Origin: Sulfurovaceae bacterium
GTDB lineage: Bacteria > Campylobacterota > Campylobacteria > Campylobacterales > Sulfurovaceae
DNA: 32,336 bases
Assembly (NCBI GenBank): GCA_029933395.1
Contig: JAOZOG010000003.1
Coordinates: forward strand, 1-32,336
Direction of reading: 5' to 3'
The position numbers and the translations under genes are program-made. Shown in pieces: positions 31,547-32,336 of this stretch. The notes beneath the pieces are model-generated. The model was not told the origin of the DNA. It saw only the letters and a program-made list of their open reading frames with translations, and ran no database searches. The first letter of the stretch is position 1. The number at the start of each line of letters is the position of its first letter.

Positions 31547-32336
31547 TCCAGCCACCAAACCCTGAATTTCCTCCCTTTGATTTTTCCTTTCTTCAGCCCT
31601 TCATACGCATTTTTGATACTTCTTTTGTCGATTGCGACATAGGCCTGAAAGTCAAAGATATCGATCTTTCCGATATCTGTTCCGGGGATACCGATCTCTT
31701 TACCGAGGGCTCCCAGAATATCTCCGGGACGAAGTTTATTCTTTTTGCCACCGTCGATGCAGAGCGTTGCTTTGTCTGACTGAATAATGAAATTTTTGTC
31801 AGCAGAGTGGCTTTTGGCTGGGAGACTTTTCACATTGGGCGCCATCTCTGAGAGTTTCTCTTTTTGGCCGGGCAGATAGAGGGAGGCGGCGATGCCTTCT
31901 GCTCCGGCTCTGGCAGTTCGTCCGATTCTATGGATATAGACTTCCGGGTCGTGCGGCAGATCGTAATTGATCACCATGGAGACATCTTTGATATCCAGCC
32001 CTCTCGAAGCGACATCGGTTGCCACCATAATACGAACGGAACCATTGGCGAACTTCAGCAGTGCCTCATTGCGCTCCCGCTGATCGAGGTCGCCCTGAAG
32101 ATCCAGAGCGGAAAAGTGCTTATCCTGTAAAAAATCTGCCAGTGCGACTACTTCTGCCTTGGTGTTGCAGAAGATAATTGCCGTTTCCGGTTTGTAGGAT
32201 TGGAGCAGAGAGAGCAGTGCCTGCTCTTTTTTTCCAGGCGAAGCTTCCAATGCGACCTCCTCGATCACATTTTTTTCATGACCTGTGTCGACTTTGATCA
32301 TTTCGGGATGATGAAGTATCTCACTGGAGAGTTTCT
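31543..32336 (-). CDS. dbpA: DEAD-box ATP-dependent RNA helicase with a C-terminal DbpA-type RNA-binding domain; 5' end lies beyond the right edge
   Basis: Helicase C-domain motifs are present (ATDVASRGLDI, HRIGRTARAG), followed by a DbpA-like tail (..LRPGDILGALG..IGKIDIFDFQAYVAI..). The reading frame stays open up to position 32336. Confidence 0.88.
   Translation of the reverse strand, partial: KLSSEILHHPEMIKVDTGHEKNVIEEVALEASPGKKEQALLSLLQSYKPETAIIFCNTKAEVVALADFLQDKHFSALDLQGDLDQRERNEALLKFANGSVRIMVATDVASRGLDIKDVSMVINYDLPHDPEVYIHRIGRTARAGAEGIAASLYLPGQKEKLSEMAPNVKSLPAKSHSADKNFIIQSDKATLCIDGGKKNKLRPGDILGALGKEIGIPGTDIGKIDIFDFQAYVAIDKRSIKNAYEGLKKGKIKGRKFRVWWLD

Overview
This looks like a Campylobacterota (epsilonproteobacterial-type) chromosomal segment, judged from gene content and order. 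All family calls come from motif recognition in the supplied translations; no search was run. I call 37 CDS and find no rRNA, tRNA, CRISPR array, transposase or integrase. Housekeeping genes sit at both ends: murD', mraY, gpmI and fabG on the left; acpP-fabF-accA, dedA, a PAP2 phosphatase, glk and dbpA' on the right. Between fabG (ends 4668) and acpP (starts 26516) lies a 21.8-kb block devoted to N2O respiration and, apparently, copper handling. It has four parts. (1) An OmpR-type response regulator, an intramembrane-type histidine kinase, TonB, and a TonB-dependent receptor carrying the OprC/NosA CxxxM...HxM copper motif. (2) A complete clade II, Wolinella-type nos cluster, nosZ(cyt c fusion)-B-D-G-C1-C2-H-F-L-Y, followed by a Cys-less NosL-like gene. 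(3) An Aer/CetB-like PAS protein. (4) An accessory region with a GKC-repeat/TRASH/NosL-like fusion protein and a tightly coupled seven-gene operon. That operon encodes a NosL paralogue, an 84-aa membrane protein, a MacB/FtsX-type ABC permease and ATPase, an 8-TM protein with Cys motifs in three same-side loops, a membrane-anchored NosL-like protein, and a DsbD_2-type HCxxMCGG membrane protein. This operon is my best candidate for an undescribed system, possibly a second ABC-driven periplasmic Cu (or S) relay parallel to NosDFY-NosL. Sequence-level observations: an 11-bp-phased TTAACA direct-repeat operator occurs at four intergenic sites, three with identical spacing to a -10 box. Two perfect TTGAT-N4-ATCAA (Crp/Fnr-type) boxes lie upstream of nosZ and nosB. 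GTAG-headed REP doublets (REPIN-like) flank fabG. A four-helix-bundle (23S-IVS-protein-like) gene, bracketed by inverted heptamer arrays, is wedged between mraY and murD.
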